64,000 nt of DNA from Nitrospira sp. (GTDB lineage: Bacteria > Nitrospirota > Nitrospiria > Nitrospirales > Nitrospiraceae), in contig AP038806.1 of assembly GCA_047150005.1 (NCBI GenBank), positions 1,088,001 through 1,152,000 of the forward strand, given 5' to 3'. The notes beneath the pieces are model-generated. The model searched no databases and was not told the DNA's origin. It was given only the letters and a program-made list of their open reading frames with translations. Positions 59,772 to 64,000 of the stretch are shown here, in pieces. The stretch's first letter is position 1. Every line of letters begins with the position of its first letter. The position numbers were made by a program, and so were the translations under genes.

Positions 59772-60146
59772 CTATTGATATTCGACGACTGCGGCAATTG
59801 CGGCCACAAGTTCTTCCATCACCGTCGATGGCAGATTCCCAAACTTCTTCATAAACCGGGAAGTATCCACTCCCCTTAGTTGCAGGGCATCGATAGAAGA
59901 AGTCTTTGAGAGGCCGTTCCTGCCGTCAGGATCAATCCGGACATGCCAGATGCTTCCCTTGAAATGATCCTTCCATTCGGTAATGGGGGCGATAAGCCTG
60001 AGAGGAAGTCGACCCAGCGCATCAGAACTGACTATGACAGCTGGCCGTGTTTTCTTTATCTCAGACCCCACGGTCGGGTCTAAGTTGACGAGCCAGATTT
60101 CGCCGCGCTTAGGCGATGGCGGGTTAGTACTCAACGAAGTCTCCAC
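59772..60146 (-). CDS. mazF: MazF/PemK endoribonuclease toxin
   Basis: RGEIWLVNLDPTVGSEIKKTRPAVIVS. Confidence 0.93.
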   Translation of the reverse strand: METSLSTNPPSPKRGEIWLVNLDPTVGSEIKKTRPAVIVSSDALGRLPLRLIAPITEWKDHFKGSIWHVRIDPDGRNGLSKTSSIDALQLRGVDTSRFMKKFGNLPSTVMEELVAAIAAVVEYQ

Positions 60147-61314
60147 TCTGGAGATCGCTTCTGTCTGCGCCCTCCGAATAGTGTGACTTCAGTTTTTCTG
60201 CTTGCTCAGACAGAATCCGTCTGCGCTCTTCAAGCGGCAACTTCATGAAGGCTCGTCGTTCAATCAGGGTGAGCGGCTCCTCGACATCAAGAGACTCGCC
60301 AAGCAACCTTTCCACTTCTTCACGGCTAATCAGTCCCTCCGCATAGGCTCGAAGCGCTGTTTGCCGAAGCCATTGTGATTGCTCAGGTTCCAATTCACCA
60401 GGCTCTTTCCGTTTCCATTTCAATCGGTTTATGAGCATCATCCAATGCCGGTAGTATCCCTCTGAGATGATGTCCAAATCGAACAGTCGTCGAACAAGAG
60501 CTTGCACGCTCATTCCAAATCGCTTCTTAAAAAGCAGCAGTTCTTCACTAAGAATGGTGTCCCGCTTAGTACCAATCTCACGATAGACCACTTGTGCGGG
60601 AGCAAGGAAGGCTGCTCCAAACCGGAATGCCGCCTTTTCCTCATCAATGTTATGCCCTATCTTCAAGACAAGATGGCCTAATTCATGCGCAAGGCTCAGT
60701 CGCTGCCGCTCTCCAGACACGCCTTTGGACGTGACGAGGCCTGCTGCTTGAGTCTGGGTGGCTTCATCGACCGCCACCGCGCAAATGCCATCAAACTTGT
60801 CGATGGCATCAATCTCGATGACATGAATGTGATGATCTTCGAGCATACCAACCATGCTTGAAATTTGATCCTGCCCGAGTTTCCAATTCGTACGCAATTC
60901 TTCAGCAGCCCGCTCAGTATCTTCTATCTTTGAAATACGATGTGCGTGGATCGGCAAATGATTCCCGTTCGGCCATCCTGTCATGGCCTGAAGATTCACT
61001 CGATCCTCCAAGACCTCCGTCACAAGGCTCTCAATTCTTTCCTGATCTTTCTTGGGTAAAGTCGAAGCCTTTCTATAGCCGATGAACTTAACACTGACTT
61101 GAGGCTCTCTCAGAAAATAAGACGCCTTAACCTTAAAGGTATCGGCAAGCTTGTTCAGAACAATTGGCGATGGGCTAGCCTTCGCACACTCATATTTTGA
61201 AAGCGCCTGCTTTGTTACAACATGGCCCATGGACGCAACAAGCGCATCTAGCGAAAGGCCTCGCGACATCCGTAGTCGCTTCAGACGATGAGCGATGGTT
61301 TCTTGATGAGACAT
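60124..61314 (-). CDS. XRE-HTH plus ImmA/IrrE metallopeptidase fusion with a C-terminal extension
   Basis: N-terminal HTH, RQRLSLAHELGH, EE..A..F..AFL.P. Confidence 0.92.
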   Translation of the reverse strand: MSHQETIAHRLKRLRMSRGLSLDALVASMGHVVTKQALSKYECAKASPSPIVLNKLADTFKVKASYFLREPQVSVKFIGYRKASTLPKKDQERIESLVTEVLEDRVNLQAMTGWPNGNHLPIHAHRISKIEDTERAAEELRTNWKLGQDQISSMVGMLEDHHIHVIEIDAIDKFDGICAVAVDEATQTQAAGLVTSKGVSGERQRLSLAHELGHLVLKIGHNIDEEKAAFRFGAAFLAPAQVVYREIGTKRDTILSEELLLFKKRFGMSVQALVRRLFDLDIISEGYYRHWMMLINRLKWKRKEPGELEPEQSQWLRQTALRAYAEGLISREEVERLLGESLDVEEPLTLIERRAFMKLPLEERRRILSEQAEKLKSHYSEGADRSDLQSGDFVEY

Positions 61315-61326
61315 AGATACAAGTGA

Positions 61327-61365
61327 GGTTGACAAAATATAACAAATATTGTGTATTTGTCAACC
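61327..61365 (-). promoter_or_regulatory. promoter overlapped by inverted-repeat operator GGTTGACAAA...TTTGTCAACC
   Basis: Perfect 10-bp IR; minus-strand TTGACA-16-TATATT with a TG extension. Confidence 0.7.
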
Positions 61366-61576
61366 CCGAAAAGACTCTGACGCGTTGAGATTCACGAACT
61401 TTGGGAGAGACCCTGTACAGAATACCCTGTGCTAAATTTGTGCTAAAAATCATCAGAAACGGTCTATCTCAACAGAATCAGTCGAATTAATAGAAAGCGA
61501 TCAAGCTGCTGTTTCGTAAGCGAAAACTGGGGAAACCGTTGCAACAGCGAGCCTTTCGAAAAATGCCCTGTTTGCG

Positions 61577-61621
61577 CTCTTAATCAGCGGGCCGTAGGTT
61601 CGACCCCTACACGGCCCACCA
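61577..61621 (+). repeat. attR core
   Basis: 45-bp identity to 44234-44278. Confidence 0.97.
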
Positions 61622-61859
61622 AACCAAGCTCGCTCGTGCCGTGGGCTCTTCAGGCGCAGCCTCTCTTCTATTGACGCCCGCGGATAAACCCCTCAGTAAT
61701 CCGAGTTCTAGCTTGCGCGTGCCGGCGACTCGTTATCGTCATTGATGTCGGCAGATCCTGGCATTGCCCCTCACCGTGGCTTTGTAACCTTTCTTTGAAA
61801 GCCTGCCTTCGCAGGTTGACGGTAGTGGGTCAGTTTGCCATCCGAAGCATTGTAGTGTG

Positions 61860-62870
61860 TCATTCCCGCGGAAGCGGGAAGGTGGAGTCACATTTGAAGT
61901 GCAACAGATCACGAGTAAACACCTCGGCCGGTGTCTCATAGTCGAGACACTTGCGCGGGGTGTGATTATACGCCCGCACCAGCGCCAGCAAGCGGCGGGT
62001 GGAGAGCGTGGCCAAGTCAGTTTTCCGGGGGAGGGCACGGCGCATCCGGCCGATACCGTTTTCGATACCCCCTTTTTGCCACGGGGCATGCGGGTCACAA
62101 AAGTAGGTGCGCATGCCGAGCGGGTGCAGCTGATCGTGATACGCGAACTCCGTGCCGTTATCGAACGTGATGGTCCGGCGCAGGGCCGGAGGCAGGGCGG
62201 CAAACAGCGCCGTGAGTCGGGCGGCCACCGGCTGGGCCCCCTTCGTGGGTTGCCGGCTGGCCACCAACACGCGCGAGCGGCGTTCCTGCGTCACCAGGAC
62301 CGCCTGGCCATATTTCGCAAACAGCATCAGATCGGCCTCCCAATGGCCAGGGTCCTGCCGCTGCTGGATCGCCGCCGGTCGCTCGCTAATGGGGACGCGG
62401 CTGCGGATGTGGTCCACGGCACTGCCGCCTTTGCGCCCCCGCCACCCGCGTTTGCTTTTGCCCCGCGGCAAATAATGCCGCCAGCGATAGTCTTTCGTCC
62501 GGCGGATCTGGCTGGCGATGAAGCGGTAGATCGACTCGGAGCTGATGCGCAGCGCGCAGCCGTCGCGCTTGAGCCGGCCGGCGACTTGAGCGGGCGACCA
62601 GCCCTGCCCCAACCAGCGCAGGACGTGGGCCTGCAGCGCCGGTTGCCGGAGCAGACGACTCCCGCGCCAGCGGCGGCTGCGGGTCTGCTCCTGGGCATAG
62701 GCAGGCGCATAGCCCACCTGGGCGCCGCGATTGCGCCTCAGTTCCCGCAGAATGGTCGATGGCGCGCGATCCAGAGCTGCTGCAATTTGGCGGATGGTTT
62801 GCCCGGCTTCGCGAGCCCGGGCAATCGTACACCGGTCTTCCAAGGAGAGCTGCGCATAGTGTCGTCCCAT
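61860..62870 (-). CDS. IS30-family transposase
   Basis: GHWEADL, TFDNGTEF, PWQKG.IEN, PRKCL.Y.TP. Confidence 0.96.
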   Translation of the reverse strand: MGRHYAQLSLEDRCTIARAREAGQTIRQIAAALDRAPSTILRELRRNRGAQVGYAPAYAQEQTRSRRWRGSRLLRQPALQAHVLRWLGQGWSPAQVAGRLKRDGCALRISSESIYRFIASQIRRTKDYRWRHYLPRGKSKRGWRGRKGGSAVDHIRSRVPISERPAAIQQRQDPGHWEADLMLFAKYGQAVLVTQERRSRVLVASRQPTKGAQPVAARLTALFAALPPALRRTITFDNGTEFAYHDQLHPLGMRTYFCDPHAPWQKGGIENGIGRMRRALPRKTDLATLSTRRLLALVRAYNHTPRKCLDYETPAEVFTRDLLHFKCDSTFPLPRE

Positions 62871-62917
62871 TGCAACACCTTACCCCACAGGTGTTGCACT
62901 TCGTTTGTGAATCTAGG
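61881..62917 (-). mobile_element. IS30-family insertion sequence
   Basis: Imperfect ~26-bp IRs sharing GAAGTGCAACA; probable GAA duplication (61878-80 and 62918-20). Confidence 0.88.
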
Positions 62918-63618
62918 GAATCAAGCCAAGGCCTGCTCCTCAGCATTGAGTCTTGATCGAGACTGGATGCCCGCCTTCGCGGGCATGACGCAAGAGGACA
63001 CTGACCCACTACCTTCCCTTCTCGGCACTTGTCGGCACATAGCATTCCTCCTACAATACCATCCCCGCCAGCCGAGCCAACCAGGCGGACTGTATGTCGC
63101 TTACCATTACAACCTGGAATGTCCAAAATTTTACACGCAATGATGCGGTGTACGCGGACAAACTGAACTACATCGCTACGACGATATTGCACTCGGATCC
63201 GATATTGTCGCTCTCCAAGAAATATTGGACCAAAGAGCATTGAAAGATCTGGCAAACGGCGTAGGCTTTAACAATGATGAGGATTCGGTTTAAGGTGATC
63301 CGCAGTATTGTGAAGGCCAGTGGAGTGTGCACGAGAGAATTTCAGGCGAGAACCAAAGAAGCGTGGATCAAAGACGGAGAAGCCTTGCCCAGACTGATAC
63401 AAAACGAGCTTACGCGGATAGGATGACAATCGGATCGGTAGATGGTGAGGAGTATGGAGTCGGCCTTGAATCGCGAGACGATATGAACTACTACATCGGA
63501 TTGAAGGAAAAGTGCTGGACGCACGTCGAGAAGATCAAGGATCAGATTGTGGCGAAGTAGAAGTGCCTGCGGGATGGTTTAGACGTGACATCGACATGAA
63601 CAATTGGGGGAACATACC

Positions 63619-63918
63619 ATGCAGATGGTCTTCATGACGTTTCGCTCATCCATGGAAGACGAAGTGCTCAAGTGGCTGGAGGCAGAACGCGTCTCCTTTT
63701 CTTTTGTGCAAAAGGTGCATGGACAAGGCGTGACGGGAAAGGCTCCTAGCTCAATTTACTTTGGCGGTAGCAACACAATGCTGTTTGCGGGAATTCAAGA
63801 TGAGCAGCTCAGTGGCTTCCGGGAACGCCTTCAGAACCTGCAACGGACGCTCAGTGGAGAAGGCAAGGTGCAAGTTCCCTTTCATGCCTTCGTCCTGCCT
63901 TGCATCCAGTGGTTCTAG
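63619..63918 (+). CDS. PII-like small protein (PG0541 type)
   Basis: F+...V.G.G..G pattern, ~100 aa. Confidence 0.55.
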   Translation: MQMVFMTFRSSMEDEVLKWLEAERVSFSFVQKVHGQGVTGKAPSSIYFGGSNTMLFAGIQDEQLSGFRERLQNLQRTLSGEGKVQVPFHAFVLPCIQWF

Positions 63919-64000
63919 CGTCTCGTCCAGAATAGAATGCGTCACCTTCTCCTTCGCCAACGGCACACGATCCACAAAGGTTTGCCACGGTCCAACCGGT

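Larger units (their letters stand above)
61821..63013. mobile_element. ~150-bp palindromic MITE/REP-like element interrupted by IS30
   Basis: Perfect 14-bp IR GGTAGTGGGTCAGT / ACTGACCCACTACC; inner GTCATTCCCGCGGAAGCGGGAATC ... GGATGCCCGCCTTCGCGGGCATGAC. Confidence 0.7.

Noticed and set aside
61577..61621. second tRNA-Lys gene
   Set aside because: Only the 3' 45 bp are present; it is attR.
63327..63560. 77-aa ORF
   Set aside because: No recognisable motif or clear RBS; possibly a gene fragment, not supportable.

Overview
GC-rich bacterial chromosome segment. Gene content and interspersed repeats suggest Nitrospirota (my inference, not a database result). It has three parts. (1) 1-12.3 kb is the right arm of a prophage- or satellite-like element integrated at tRNA-Glu. 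It holds a truncated phage polyvalent-protein gene, a serine recombinase, a tandem double tyrosine recombinase, a virion/ejection-like protein, a replication initiator with iterons plus a DnaC-like loader, an excisionase and an integrase. (2) 12.3-44.3 kb is core genome: glnS, IS5, yacG, a PKD-repeat lipoprotein, two tRNA-Gln, gltX, the isc cluster, PBP1A, typA, redox genes, queD, a rubrerythrin cluster, rmlC, HU, tRNA-Arg and tRNA-Lys. (3) 44.2-61.6 kb is a 17.3-kb filamentous-phage (inovirus-like) prophage bounded by 45-bp att repeats at tRNA-Lys. It carries about 9 kb of defence cargo: an MTase with DUF262-HNH, HTH and peptidase regulators, a TA-like pair, MazF, and a CBASS-type SMODS+SLATT pair. 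An IS30 nested in a palindromic MITE follows. The most unusual signal is at 680-1275: two antisense promoter-hairpin-array-terminator cassettes, with five 41-nt covarying hairpins, hidden in the polyvalent gene just after a predicted RNase domain. This is a candidate undescribed RNase-plus-RNA-array system.
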